A DNA stretch of 64,000 nucleotides, from the IMG/VR virus record IMGVR_UViG_3300045988_156427, one strand, 5' to 3'. The notes beneath the pieces are model-generated. The model made no database searches. It saw only the letters and a program-made list of their open reading frames with translations, and had not been told where the DNA came from. Of the stretch, positions 44,801 through 54,506 are shown piece after piece; within the stretch, counting starts at the first letter, position 1; each line of letters starts with the position of its first letter. The DNA is from a virus. Lineage: Duplodnaviria > Heunggongvirae > Uroviricota > Caudoviricetes. A program made the position numbers and the translations under genes.

Positions 44801-44911
44801 CACAAAAAATTTAAAAAATTACTTTTAGCGAGAAAGTCAACAAGTGACTTTCAATAAAATCTCTTCCGAAAAGGGATTCACACAAGTGCCTTGTGTTTAA
44901 GGAAGAGTAAA

Positions 44912-46618
44912 TTGAGTAACTTACGCGAATACCAGAATCGTATTGCAGATATCGCAAAACGCTCTAAAGCTGTGCTTGGCTGGGCAAGCACTGCGCAGTT
45001 CGGTACTGATAACCAATTCATTAAAGATGATGCCGCGCGTGCCGCATCTATCCTTGAAGCTGCACGTAAAGACCCGGTTTTTGCGGGTATCTCTGATAAT
45101 GCCACCGCTCAAATCGCTACAGCGTGGGCAAGTGCACTGGCTGACTACGCCGCAGCACATAAATCTATGCCGCGTCCGGAAATTCTGGCCTCCTGCCACC
45201 AGACGCTGGAAAACTGCCTGATTGAGTCCACCCGCAATAGCATGGATGCCACTAATAAAGCGATGCTGGAATCCGTCGCAGCAGAGATGATGAGCGTTTC
45301 TGACGGTGTTATGCGTCTGCCTTTATTCCTCGCGATGATCCTGCCTGTTCAGTTGGGGGCAGCTACCGCTGATGCGTGTACCTTCATTCCGGTTACGCGT
45401 GACCAGTCCGACATCTATGAAGTCTTTAACGTGGCAGGTTCCTCTTTTGGTTCTTATGCTGCTGGTGATGTTCTGGACATGCAATCCGTCGGTGTGTACA
45501 GCCAGTTACGCCGCCGCTATGTGCTGGTGGCAAGCTCCGATGGCACCAGCAAAACCGCAACCTTCAAGATGGAAGACTTCGAAGGCCAGAATGTACCAAT
45601 CCGAAAAGGTCGCACTAATATCTACGTTAACCGTATTAAGTCTGTTGTTGATAACGGTTCCGGCAGCCTACTTCACTCGTTTACTAATGCTGCTGGTGAG
45701 CAAATCACTGTTACCTGCTCTCTGAACTACAACATTGGTCAGATTGCCCTGTCGTTCTCCAAAGCGCCGGATAAAGGCACTGAGATCGCAATTGAGACGG
45801 AAATCAATATTGAAGCCGCTCCTGAGCTGATCCCGCTGATCAACCACGAAATGAAGAAATACACCCTGTTCCCAAGCCAGTTCGTTATCGCGGCTGAGCA
45901 CACGGTACAGGCGGCGTATGAAGCACAGCGTGAATTTGGTCTGGACCTGGGTTCCCTACAGTTCCGCACCCTGAAGGAATACCTGTCTCATGAACAGGAT
46001 ATGCTGCGTCTTCGCATCATGATCTGGCGTACTCTTGCGACCGACACCTTTGACATCGCTCTGCCGGTTAACCAGTCCTTTGATGTATGGGCAACCATCA
46101 TTCGTGGCAAATTCCAGACTGTATATCGCGACATTATTGAGCGCGTTAAATCTTCTGGTGCGATGGGGATGTTTGCTGGTGCTGATGCAGCATCTTTCTT
46201 CAAACAGTTGCCGAAGGATTTCTTCCAGCCAGCCGAAGACTATATCCAGACTCCGTATGTTCACTACATCGGTACCCTGTTCGGTAACGTGAAAGTGTAC
46301 GAAGTACCTGCTGGTATTTGTAAGAACTTAACGACAGAGAACATTCAGTTCAGCTCGATGGATGTGCTGTGCTACGTCCGTGATGAAAATCCGGGTAAAG
46401 CAGGCTTCGTGACTGGTGATGCTGTCCCGGCCATCCCGTTCCAGCATCCGACCACTCCGGCGCTGGTCAACCGTACCACGCTGTGGGGTTCGGCTATCAA
46501 CGATATGCACCCACGCAACGGCGCTGATTACTTCACTCGTGTAACGCTGACAATGGCCAAAAAAGGCGGGCTTAACTTCATTAGCGGCGACACGATTGAT
46601 GCCGGTGACTCTGAGTAA
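44912..46618 (+). CDS. major head protein candidate (gene 23 position)
   Basis: Track ORF 44891..46618 trimmed to TTG at 44912 preceded by AAGGAAGAG; position next to par as in P1. Confidence 0.6.
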   Translation: MSNLREYQNRIADIAKRSKAVLGWASTAQFGTDNQFIKDDAARAASILEAARKDPVFAGISDNATAQIATAWASALADYAAAHKSMPRPEILASCHQTLENCLIESTRNSMDATNKAMLESVAAEMMSVSDGVMRLPLFLAMILPVQLGAATADACTFIPVTRDQSDIYEVFNVAGSSFGSYAAGDVLDMQSVGVYSQLRRRYVLVASSDGTSKTATFKMEDFEGQNVPIRKGRTNIYVNRIKSVVDNGSGSLLHSFTNAAGEQITVTCSLNYNIGQIALSFSKAPDKGTEIAIETEINIEAAPELIPLINHEMKKYTLFPSQFVIAAEHTVQAAYEAQREFGLDLGSLQFRTLKEYLSHEQDMLRLRIMIWRTLATDTFDIALPVNQSFDVWATIIRGKFQTVYRDIIERVKSSGAMGMFAGADAASFFKQLPKDFFQPAEDYIQTPYVHYIGTLFGNVKVYEVPAGICKNLTTENIQFSSMDVLCYVRDENPGKAGFVTGDAVPAIPFQHPTTPALVNRTTLWGSAINDMHPRNGADYFTRVTLTMAKKGGLNFISGDTIDAGDSE

Positions 46619-46678
46619 TCAGGGGAAGTTCTCCGTTTAACATAGCGCCCCCGTGCGGGGCGCATAACAGGGAAAGTT

Positions 46679-48268
46679 ATGTCTCAATATTCAATTCAAC
46701 AGTCATTAGGTAATGCATCCGGCGTCGCGGTTAGCCCGATCAATGCCGATGCGACGTTATCTACCGGTGTTGCATTAAATAGCAGCTTATGGGCTGGTAT
46801 TGGCGTATTTGCGCGTGGCAAGCCGTTTACTGTTCTTGCGGTTACTGAGTCCAATTACGAAGATGTTCTCGGCGAACCGCTGAAGCCGTCTTCCGGCTCA
46901 CAGTTCGAACCAATTCGCCATGTATACGAAGCTATTCAGCAAACGTCTGGTTATGTTGTTCGCGCTGTTCCGGATGATGCGAAGTTCCCGATTATTATGT
47001 TCGATGAATCAGGCGAACCGGCTTACAGTGCGTTGCCATACGGTTCTGAAATTGAACTTGATAGTGGCGAAGCCTTTGCTATCTACGTTGATGATGGTGA
47101 TCCGTGTATTTCACCTACCCGTGAGTTAACCATCGAAACGGCAACAGCGGACAGCGCGGGTAATGAACGCTTCCTCTTAAAACTGACCCAGACGACTTCG
47201 CTCGGCGTGGTAACGACCCTGGAGACACACACTGTGTCTTTGGCGGAAGAAGCGAAAGATGACATGGGCCGCTTGTGTTATCTGCCTACGGCTCTGGAAG
47301 CCCGTTCTAAATATCTGCGCGCGGTTGTTAATGAAGAGCTGATTTCGACAGCGAAAGTAACAAACAAAAAATCGTTGGCGTTCACTGGCGGTACCAACGG
47401 CGATCAGTCGAAAATCTCAACCGCTGCGTACCTGCGTGCGGTTAAAGTGCTGAATAATGCGCCGTACATGTACACCGCTGTTCTTGGCCTGGGCTGCTAT
47501 GACAATGCGGCTATCACCGCATTAGGTAAAATCTGTGCAGATCGCCTGATTGATGGCTTCTTTGATGTCAAACCGACATTGACGTACACGGAAGCGATCT
47601 CTGCTGTTGAAGATACCGGTTTACTTGGTACCGATTATGTAAGCTGTGCTGTCTATCACTACCCGTTCTCCTGCAAAGACAAATGGACCCAATCCCGTGT
47701 GGTCTTTGGTCTGTCTGGCGTGGCGTATGCGGCGAAAGCTCGTGGCGTCAAGAAAAACTCTGATGTCGGCGGTTGGCATTACTCACCGGCTGGTGAAGAA
47801 CGTGCCGTCATTGCTCGTGCGTCAATTCAACCGCTGTATCCGGAAGATACCCCGGACGAAGAAGCAATGGTCAAGGGCCGTCTCAATAAAGTATCTGTTG
47901 GCACCTCTGGCCAGATGATCATCGACGATGCTTTAACTTGCTGCACGCAGGATAACTATCTGCACTTCCAGCACGTCCCATCCCTGATGAATGCAATCAG
48001 CCGTTTCTTTGTCCAGTTAGCCCGACAGATGAAGCATAGCCCGGACGGTATTACTGCGGCTGGCCTGACTAAAGGGATGACCAAACTTTTAGATCGCTTT
48101 GTCGCCTCCGGCGCTCTGGTGGCTCCTCGTGATCCTGATGCTGACGGTACAGAACCGTATGTGCTGAAAGTTACGCAGGCGGAATTCGATAAATGGGAAG
48201 TAGTCTGGGCCTGCTGCCCGACTGGCGTAGCCCGTCGTATCCAGGGCGTACCGCTGCTTATTAAGTAA
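46679..48268 (+). CDS. virion structural protein, possibly tail sheath
   Basis: ORF track; size and position only. Confidence 0.4.
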   Translation: MSQYSIQQSLGNASGVAVSPINADATLSTGVALNSSLWAGIGVFARGKPFTVLAVTESNYEDVLGEPLKPSSGSQFEPIRHVYEAIQQTSGYVVRAVPDDAKFPIIMFDESGEPAYSALPYGSEIELDSGEAFAIYVDDGDPCISPTRELTIETATADSAGNERFLLKLTQTTSLGVVTTLETHTVSLAEEAKDDMGRLCYLPTALEARSKYLRAVVNEELISTAKVTNKKSLAFTGGTNGDQSKISTAAYLRAVKVLNNAPYMYTAVLGLGCYDNAAITALGKICADRLIDGFFDVKPTLTYTEAISAVEDTGLLGTDYVSCAVYHYPFSCKDKWTQSRVVFGLSGVAYAAKARGVKKNSDVGGWHYSPAGEERAVIARASIQPLYPEDTPDEEAMVKGRLNKVSVGTSGQMIIDDALTCCTQDNYLHFQHVPSLMNAISRFFVQLARQMKHSPDGITAAGLTKGMTKLLDRFVASGALVAPRDPDADGTEPYVLKVTQAEFDKWEVVWACCPTGVARRIQGVPLLIK

Positions 48269-48277
48269 GGGAATACA

Positions 48278-49093
48278 ATGAGCAAAAACTTTTTTCAATC
48301 CGGGGCATTTTTGGGGAATGGACTGTCTCGTTTCGCTTTGAACTCTGATCCTGTGCAGCTGATGGAGTCTGCCCGAGCAAGCGCTGAACCGCCAACAGAT
48401 CCGGTTATTAATAATAATCCGGAACCGGCGGCACAGACTAACGATAACGTTCCATCTGCCCAGGCTCCTGAGCAAATCCTGGAAGGGAAAGACGGTAAAG
48501 AATGGACCGTCGAACAGGCGCACCAGATGATTCTGGAAGCTGCAAATCGAAGTGCTATGCAAAATGCGTTGAGTGATGCGGCCGACGCCGTTTTCGCCTG
48601 GGCTGATAGCGGTGATCTGACTTTCGACTCCCTTGATGGTTTCGTTCAGGCTATCGCTGGTATCTCTGATGACGACGACTCCGAAGTTACAGAAGAACAG
48701 GACGATGCCTATAACGAAGCATGGGCAAATGTTGCTGACTTCCTCGCAGCATGCGGTGTAGATGATGACCTGATCGAAGCACTGGCTGACGATGAAGACG
48801 ACGACGCAGCTGCTGATGTTGGTGCCTCTATCGCTGGTTTAGATAGCGACGACCGCGACGAACTGGAAGCGGCGTTTGTTGTTGCTGGCACTTCTGATGA
48901 AATGCTGACTGAAGCATTTAAGAAGGTTGTTCGTAACGGTGAGATCAAACTCATCCGTAAACGCCTGCGTAAAAAACGTCTGACTGCGGCTCAAAAATCG
49001 GCGCTGAAAAAAGCGCGTCGAAAAGCCCAGACCGGCGCGGCAAAACTTGCCCGCAAAAAGTCAATGAAACTGCGCCGTAAGCGCCTTGGCTAA
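48278..49093 (+). CDS. acidic protein with basic C-terminal tail
   Basis: ORF track; Asp-rich core, Lys/Arg-rich end. Confidence 0.4.
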   Translation: MSKNFFQSGAFLGNGLSRFALNSDPVQLMESARASAEPPTDPVINNNPEPAAQTNDNVPSAQAPEQILEGKDGKEWTVEQAHQMILEAANRSAMQNALSDAADAVFAWADSGDLTFDSLDGFVQAIAGISDDDDSEVTEEQDDAYNEAWANVADFLAACGVDDDLIEALADDEDDDAAADVGASIAGLDSDDRDELEAAFVVAGTSDEMLTEAFKKVVRNGEIKLIRKRLRKKRLTAAQKSALKKARRKAQTGAAKLARKKSMKLRRKRLG

Positions 49094-49128
49094 AGGAGGA
49101 GGCCGGAGAACTCCGGCCTTTAACTTGA

Positions 49129-49710
49129 ATGGCACCTATTCCTTATGGGGTTTACAGCCAGGCTGACGGTGTATCGCCATATCTGAAAGTTACTTTAACG
49201 AACTCTCAGTACCAGGTTACCGGATATATCAGCCAGGGAGCGGCAATGAACATGGCCCAGAATTGGGAAGCGCCGTTTACCGGTATGTCCATGGGATCTG
49301 TTGCTGGTGCCTTCAGTGGTTTTGCGCAGGTTGGTACTGAAACAACGTCGGTTGCCCGTTGGAACAGCTTAATGGTTTGGGAAGGGGGAACACCGCCGAC
49401 TTTCACGCTGCCAGTAACTTTCATCGCTTTGTTTGACCCATTCACGGAGGTTTCAGGAGCTATCGCCGCATTGTCAGCGATGATTAGCCCGGAACTTAAA
49501 GATGCCAGTATTGGTGGTCGAATCCCGGAGCGTGTGACGCTAAACATTGGTCGCCGGATCAACATCATTGATGTCGCTATCCAGGACATAAGTTTCGATC
49601 TCGATGCGCCCAGGGACAGCAATGGACATTTCCTGAAAAACACCGTCAACCTCCAGTTGACCGGTTCTTCGATATATAACAGCTCCGATATTGTTCGGGC
49701 GTTCCAGTAA
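49129..49710 (+). CDS. hypothetical structural protein
   Basis: ORF track. Confidence 0.4.
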   Translation: MAPIPYGVYSQADGVSPYLKVTLTNSQYQVTGYISQGAAMNMAQNWEAPFTGMSMGSVAGAFSGFAQVGTETTSVARWNSLMVWEGGTPPTFTLPVTFIALFDPFTEVSGAIAALSAMISPELKDASIGGRIPERVTLNIGRRINIIDVAIQDISFDLDAPRDSNGHFLKNTVNLQLTGSSIYNSSDIVRAFQ

Positions 49711-49721
49711 AAGGATTTTAT

Positions 49722-50231
49722 ATGGGGCACAATAACACTAAGGGAAACCGTAAATTTATTAAGGGCCGCTATACTGCCAACGCGGCCAAAGGCGAACGAC
49801 TGGTATCTTCTGAATTCCAGCTCACTTTTGCAGGCCATGAAGATATCAGCGTACTGGTTCGCACGTCGCAAATTCCTGAAATGACCCGCGAGGATGTGGA
49901 GGACTATGGTCCGAATGGTGTGAAGTTCAACCAGCACGGTCCAATTCGAAACTCTGGGGAAATCCAGGTCCAGTGCGTGGAGACTATCGAAGGCGATATT
50001 CTTCAGTTCATTAAAGATCGCATTGCGGCGAAGGACTATGTTGATATCACGATGGCTGCTACCCCTGAATCCAAATCTTCCGGGGTTAACGCTGTGACAA
50101 AAGCTGCTACAACAATTGAAATGTTGGACTGCAAAATCTACAGTGATGCAATCGACTTTAGTACCGAAGATGTGACTGCTGCTGTGCGCCCGTCACTTCG
50201 TATCGTCTACAACTGGATTGATTGGAATTAA
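49722..50231 (+). CDS. hypothetical structural protein
   Basis: ORF track. Confidence 0.4.
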   Translation: MGHNNTKGNRKFIKGRYTANAAKGERLVSSEFQLTFAGHEDISVLVRTSQIPEMTREDVEDYGPNGVKFNQHGPIRNSGEIQVQCVETIEGDILQFIKDRIAAKDYVDITMAATPESKSSGVNAVTKAATTIEMLDCKIYSDAIDFSTEDVTAAVRPSLRIVYNWIDWN

Positions 50232-50250
50232 GAGTCATCCCTTGTATTTT

Positions 50251-50277
50251 AAAGCTCCTTCGGGAGCTTTTTTATTT
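50251..50277 (+). terminator. rho-independent terminator, probably bidirectional
   Basis: AAAGCTCCTTCGGGAGCTTTTTTATTT. Confidence 0.8.
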
Positions 50278-50347
50278 GGAGAGGAAAGGGTGCATTGAGG
50301 ATACCTGACACACGAAGAGTGGCAGGGATCTCTCCCCGCCAGGTCTC

Positions 50348-50503
50348 TTACCTTTCAGATTCGTAGGCTGTGAAGACAGTGACCTCCGTCTGGCCGGTTC
50401 GGATTCGTACCTCGCAGAGGTCTTTCCTCGTTACCAGTGCCGTCACAATGACGGTTAAACAGATGACGATCAGAGCGATTAATATCGCTTTTTGCTGCTT
50501 CAT
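50348..50503 (-). CDS. Hok/Gef-family type I toxin
   Basis: Hand translation MKQQKAILIALIVICLTVIVTALVTRKDLCEVRIRTGQTEVTVFTAYESER (51 aa); AAGGAGAAG SD; not in ORF track. Confidence 0.85.
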   Translation of the reverse strand: MKQQKAILIALIVICLTVIVTALVTRKDLCEVRIRTGQTEVTVFTAYESER

Positions 50504-50561
50504 AGCCTGCTTCTCCTTGACCTTTTGGTCGGTAAGAGGCTAATCTACGTATGCTAAGCAT
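50355..50561 (-). CDS. mok-like overlapping reading frame upstream of and across the hok-like gene
   Basis: Track ORF, 68 aa, different frame from the toxin, as in hok/mok/sok loci. Confidence 0.4.
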   Translation of the reverse strand: MLSIRRLASYRPKGQGEAGYEAAKSDINRSDRHLFNRHCDGTGNEERPLRGTNPNRPDGGHCLHSLRI

Positions 50562-50684
50562 AGATATGGCCTCAGATTAATGTTAAGCGTCTTGCAGGAC
50601 GCGTAATGTTATCTGGGGCTTTCTTCTATCTGCTTTTCGGGTAATGCCTGAAGCAGATAGCCTCAAGCACCCGCAACGATTGTA

Positions 50685-50930
50685 TCAATGTCTGGCTTTT
50701 TTTCTATAGAAATCACCTGGAAGGGTGAATATCCACATCAGAAGAAATGTTGCAGCAAACATGATCCCTAATGGCCAGACCGCGCCAAAGAAAATCCATA
50801 CTAAGATCTCCTCTGCTTGTTCTTTGCGGTCGATATCGACAAGCATTTTTCGGCTGATCATGTATACACAGAAGCCAATACAAACATATCCTGCAAAAGC
50901 GATCGCTAACTGTAAAAAATCAGATTGCAT
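50685..50930 (-). CDS. small membrane protein
   Basis: Track ORF 50685..51011 trimmed to internal Met downstream of the operator. Confidence 0.35.
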   Translation of the reverse strand: MQSDFLQLAIAFAGYVCIGFCVYMISRKMLVDIDRKEQAEEILVWIFFGAVWPLGIMFAATFLLMWIFTLPGDFYRKKARH

Positions 50931-50959
50931 CTCCGACCTCAAACTGAAAACGCCAGGTG

Positions 50960-50976
50960 ACTCCAGATTAGAGCAA
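50960..50976 (-). promoter_or_regulatory. C1 operator-like core
   Basis: Reverse complement ATTGCTCTAATCTGGAG; first 11 positions match. Confidence 0.35.
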
Positions 50977-50980
50977 TCTA

Positions 50981-51826
50981 TCACCCTCTGAATCCTGCCG
51001 GTATACCCCATTGTTCGTTATCTTTATTTTTGGCTAAAACCGCATTAAGAGCTTCGTTTACCGTCATGCAATGCGGCAGATTATCGAAGTTTGATATCCC
51101 GCCAATATCAGGAGAACGCTTGTCCTTCAGGTAAGCATATTTCCGCGCTGCCGCCTCTACTTTCTGCTTGAACTCATGTTTTTGAGCGCGTTTTTTGGAT
51201 AACCGCAGATTGTCAGCCTTTGCTTTTGCCTCAGCGATCCATGAAGTCAATTTTTTGAGTCTGGTCGTTCCGGCACCGCCGGAAACTGATCTTTTTATTT
51301 TTTTAACTTGTGACTTCTTATTCTTTATTGCCACGTCATCCTGACAGGGGGAGGGGGTATCATTTTGACATGGGGGTGTGGATAAAAAATTAAATAAAGC
51401 CAATGTCTTAGCGAGAACAGCTTTAACCTTGGTTGCCGCTGAAGAGATCTTTAATTTGCTTTCAATCAGCGCATTTTTGGCTTGTTGTGCGAAGGCCAAA
51501 AAGGATGGTGTAAACCGGTACAGGTTAGCGCGACGTTCACGGTGATCGCCGATAACAATCTCTACAGACAGAATTCCTTTGTTTACAGCTTCACGGAATG
51601 CACGAACGACGGTTGATTGGCTATAACCAGTTTCTGCCGCGATCAGGCGGTGAGGCTTGTGAATGAAGTATTCACTAGTTGTTGCCGCGAGATTTGCACA
51701 TTGCGACAGGATATGCCCGGCGCTACGGGATAGACCGGAGTGTGTTACAAAGCAGGCCAATTCATAGCCAGAAAAAGTAAAATCGCTCATCGTTATACAG
51801 CTCAGGAAAGTGACTTTAGCCAGCAT
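50981..51826 (-). CDS. repL: RepL lytic replicon initiator
   Basis: Contains MSDFTFSGYELACFVTHSGLSRSAGHIL as I recall P1 RepL; downstream of kilA. Confidence 0.8.
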   Translation of the reverse strand: MLAKVTFLSCITMSDFTFSGYELACFVTHSGLSRSAGHILSQCANLAATTSEYFIHKPHRLIAAETGYSQSTVVRAFREAVNKGILSVEIVIGDHRERRANLYRFTPSFLAFAQQAKNALIESKLKISSAATKVKAVLAKTLALFNFLSTPPCQNDTPSPCQDDVAIKNKKSQVKKIKRSVSGGAGTTRLKKLTSWIAEAKAKADNLRLSKKRAQKHEFKQKVEAAARKYAYLKDKRSPDIGGISNFDNLPHCMTVNEALNAVLAKNKDNEQWGIPAGFRG

Positions 51827-51855
51827 TACAATGCTAGTGGTTCTTACTACGTCTG

Positions 51856-52656
51856 TTAGCGCGTTGCCGCGACAGGTACCAGCACACCAGCATCAAGCAA
51901 TCGCTTCATCAGCCACTGCTGACCTTTGCCGGTTATACGAGTCGTGAAAGAAATCCTGCTTCCATTGCTTGTATCGATCACGGTTTCTTTAAGGGTGAAA
52001 TACCCACGGGATATGTATTCTTGTTTGGGGACGTTCCTGCGTTCACCGGTTGCGATCAGAATTCCGTTATCACGCAACCAGGTGAAGAGATAGTTTTGGC
52101 CCAGGCCGAGCACTTTGGCATAGTTGCCGATTAGAACTCCGCTGGCGGTAGCAACGCGTTCGGCGAATTCGACTTTAGGTGCATCCATAAGCATTTTTTG
52201 CTCCAGCCGTTGCTTTTGCTCTGCCAGGTCGGCAGCCAAACGGAGAGCTTCAGGGAGACTCTGCGGAATAGCAGGTTGTAATCTTCCGGCTCGATAGTCG
52301 ATAAATGTCTGGTTTACCTTCAGCCGAAACGCGGGAGAAATCCAGCCTGCGTACTCCACAGCGAGCAATTCATGGGCAAAAGTGCCGCCGCCACGGCCTT
52401 CGAAAGAAACTATGCAATTCTGCATAGTTTCTTTTTCAAGCTCTTCGATGAGCTGTTTGGCTGACAGCGTTCTTAGCCATTGAGCTGGCGCTTTATGGGC
52501 ACCGAGTCCGCTCGCTCTGTGTAGAGCATTAAGGTTGTAACGGCCAGCGCGGTCGGTCGTAATTTCAACACCACAAATAACAGGCAGAGTGGTTGAAGGA
52601 TCGACATTTTGATGAAGGTTTGATATATTCATATCCGCATTGAATGTTTGTTGCAT
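51856..52656 (-). CDS. kilA: KilA
   Basis: 266 aa; C-terminal half paralogous to ant C-terminus (QSLPEALRLAADLAEQK repeated in both). Confidence 0.75.
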   Translation of the reverse strand: MQQTFNADMNISNLHQNVDPSTTLPVICGVEITTDRAGRYNLNALHRASGLGAHKAPAQWLRTLSAKQLIEELEKETMQNCIVSFEGRGGGTFAHELLAVEYAGWISPAFRLKVNQTFIDYRAGRLQPAIPQSLPEALRLAADLAEQKQRLEQKMLMDAPKVEFAERVATASGVLIGNYAKVLGLGQNYLFTWLRDNGILIATGERRNVPKQEYISRGYFTLKETVIDTSNGSRISFTTRITGKGQQWLMKRLLDAGVLVPVAATR

Positions 52657-52724
52657 TTTTTCTCCAAATTTGCATCAACCTTCAATCACCAGCTCGAAAT
52701 GGTGATTCTTTGCACTTAGAAAAC

Positions 52725-52741
52725 GAAATTTATTAGAGCAA
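52725..52741 (-). promoter_or_regulatory. C1 operator upstream of kilA-repL
   Basis: Reverse complement TTTGCTCTAATAAATTT, 16/17. Confidence 0.7.
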
Positions 52742-52819
52742 ATTTTTCTGGCCCGATCCAGATCGGGTTGGTCGATCTGCTCAGAAACCTGCCAGTTTGC
52801 TGGCAGGTTTTTTCTTTTG

Positions 52820-53863
52820 TTAACCTATTGCTACTGGTTTTAACAAACCAGCATCAAGTAGCTTGCGAGTTAACCACTGCTGGCCTTTACCCGTTAATTG
52901 GGGCGTCAGCCGTATCTGGTAGCCATTTTCATCATCCAGCACCACTTCTTTCACCGTGAAATATCCGGCGTTGATGTACTGCTGGCGCGGTACGTTTTTG
53001 CGCGCACCAAAAGCCATGAGAATGCCGTTCTGGCGCAACCATGAGAAAAGGGCGTTTTGCTTAAGTCCAACGACCTTTGCAAAGTTCCCGATCAGGATTC
53101 CATTAGCCGCTGATACCCGGTCGGCAAAATCGACTTTAGGGGCTGCGGCCACCAGCTGTTGTTCCAGCTGCAATTTCTGTTCTGCCAACTCGGCAGCCAG
53201 GCGTAGGGCTTCTGGTAATGTTTGGGGGATCGATGGGGTAGGGGAGTTTGCCTGCTGCAATTCTTCCAGTTTGTCGATCAGCGAACGGCGGACCGCTTTC
53301 GATTCGCGCGCGGCGACTCGCAGGGCTTGTTTGTAGGTCATGGTTATGACAACCATAGGCGTACCGCCACCTGGCGGCACGGTTGCACTTTTTGTGTAAC
53401 CGTCCTCACCTTCTAATTCGTCGAGTATTTTTTCGATGAATTTGTTGTTCCGAACCTCTGGTTCCCCACATAACTTACGCGCTTCATTGACCATCTTTAA
53501 CAGTGTCAGGCTGTCGATTGTGTCTCCGGTGGTGGGGATGACATTCACGGCTGGTGCTGGCGTTGCTGAAGCAACAGGTGCTGGTTTTTTAACATTCAAA
53601 TTATTACTGGTCATTCTATGTGCCTCCTTTCTCATTTCTGCTGCCACCGTTGCGTAACGTAGACGTCCTTGTTCAATCAAATAATCCCTGATCTCGGCTA
53701 TCAGTAGCCTGTTGATCACAGCCTTATCTGTTCGGGTATAAAAACGCCTGGTTATCATGAAATAGTTGGCAATTGCGCCGGGGATCTCCCGTGTCGGCAT
53801 ACAGGCAGTATGCAGGGCGATCGCTTCGGCTATGTCATTACGGGTGACGAGAGGTTTTTTCAT
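52820..53863 (-). CDS. ant: Ant antirepressor
   Basis: 347 aa downstream of icd in immI arrangement. Confidence 0.75.
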   Translation of the reverse strand: MKKPLVTRNDIAEAIALHTACMPTREIPGAIANYFMITRRFYTRTDKAVINRLLIAEIRDYLIEQGRLRYATVAAEMRKEAHRMTSNNLNVKKPAPVASATPAPAVNVIPTTGDTIDSLTLLKMVNEARKLCGEPEVRNNKFIEKILDELEGEDGYTKSATVPPGGGTPMVVITMTYKQALRVAARESKAVRRSLIDKLEELQQANSPTPSIPQTLPEALRLAAELAEQKLQLEQQLVAAAPKVDFADRVSAANGILIGNFAKVVGLKQNALFSWLRQNGILMAFGARKNVPRQQYINAGYFTVKEVVLDDENGYQIRLTPQLTGKGQQWLTRKLLDAGLLKPVAIG

Positions 53864-54081
53864 AAACCCCCCTGAACGTTGGCAGAGAAGGGGAGGCTCC
53901 AGTAACTAAGTGAATTGCGCGAGTTAGTTGAAAAACGGGCAGTAAAAATGCAGGGGCCATCAGGCAATTGAGAGCGTGCTTCGTCTTCTGTTGCTGCGAT
54001 AACGAAGTGATAGTGGTGTTTTTTACAGGAATAGAAACGCCAGATGAATTCTTGGCGTGCGCAAGGATTGGCATTAACCAT
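53860..54081 (-). CDS. icd: Icd-like small protein
   Basis: 73-aa ORF overlapping ant start; positional. Confidence 0.5.
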   Translation of the reverse strand: MVNANPCARQEFIWRFYSCKKHHYHFVIAATEDEARSQLPDGPCIFTARFSTNSRNSLSYWSLPFSANVQGGL

Positions 54082-54084
54082 AGT

Positions 54085-54330
54085 TACGGCCTCGTAAGTT
54101 GATAAACAACCTGCGACCCGCTGCTAAACAGGTGGCAGGACGTGACGGGGTTAGCAGACTGGCACTTACGAAACCAGCAGGCCGAAGCCTCCCCATCACG
54201 CCCCACCATAATTCGGGCGTAACGTGGTTTACGGACACAAAAATACCGCAATATCGGAAATCTGCGGTTGTCCGCGTAAGTATTCAGGCTGCTAAACCCG
54301 GTCGCAGAATTTGCTACGACGGCGGAACTA
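54085..54330 (-). ncRNA. c4: region expected to encode the c4 antisense repressor RNA
   Basis: Non-coding leader between operator and icd with repeated GTTTAGCAGC-like and complementary CTGCTAAC elements; boundaries not determined. Confidence 0.3.
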
Positions 54331-54393
54331 TAAGCCTGAACGATTAAAAGGTCAATATGATGCGAAAAGATAGCATTCGCGACTTAAAAATAC

Positions 54394-54410
54394 AAATTTA
54401 TTAGAGCATT
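54394..54410 (-). promoter_or_regulatory. C1 operator heading the immI operon
   Basis: Reverse complement AATGCTCTAATAAATTT, 16/17. Confidence 0.7.
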
Positions 54411-54506
54411 GCATGCTTAATAAAAACACAATTGGATCTAATAACCTCTTTTTTTTAAAGGCGAAAATATGTACCCTAAATGAGTTATAAGGCAGGTGAG
54501 GTTATA

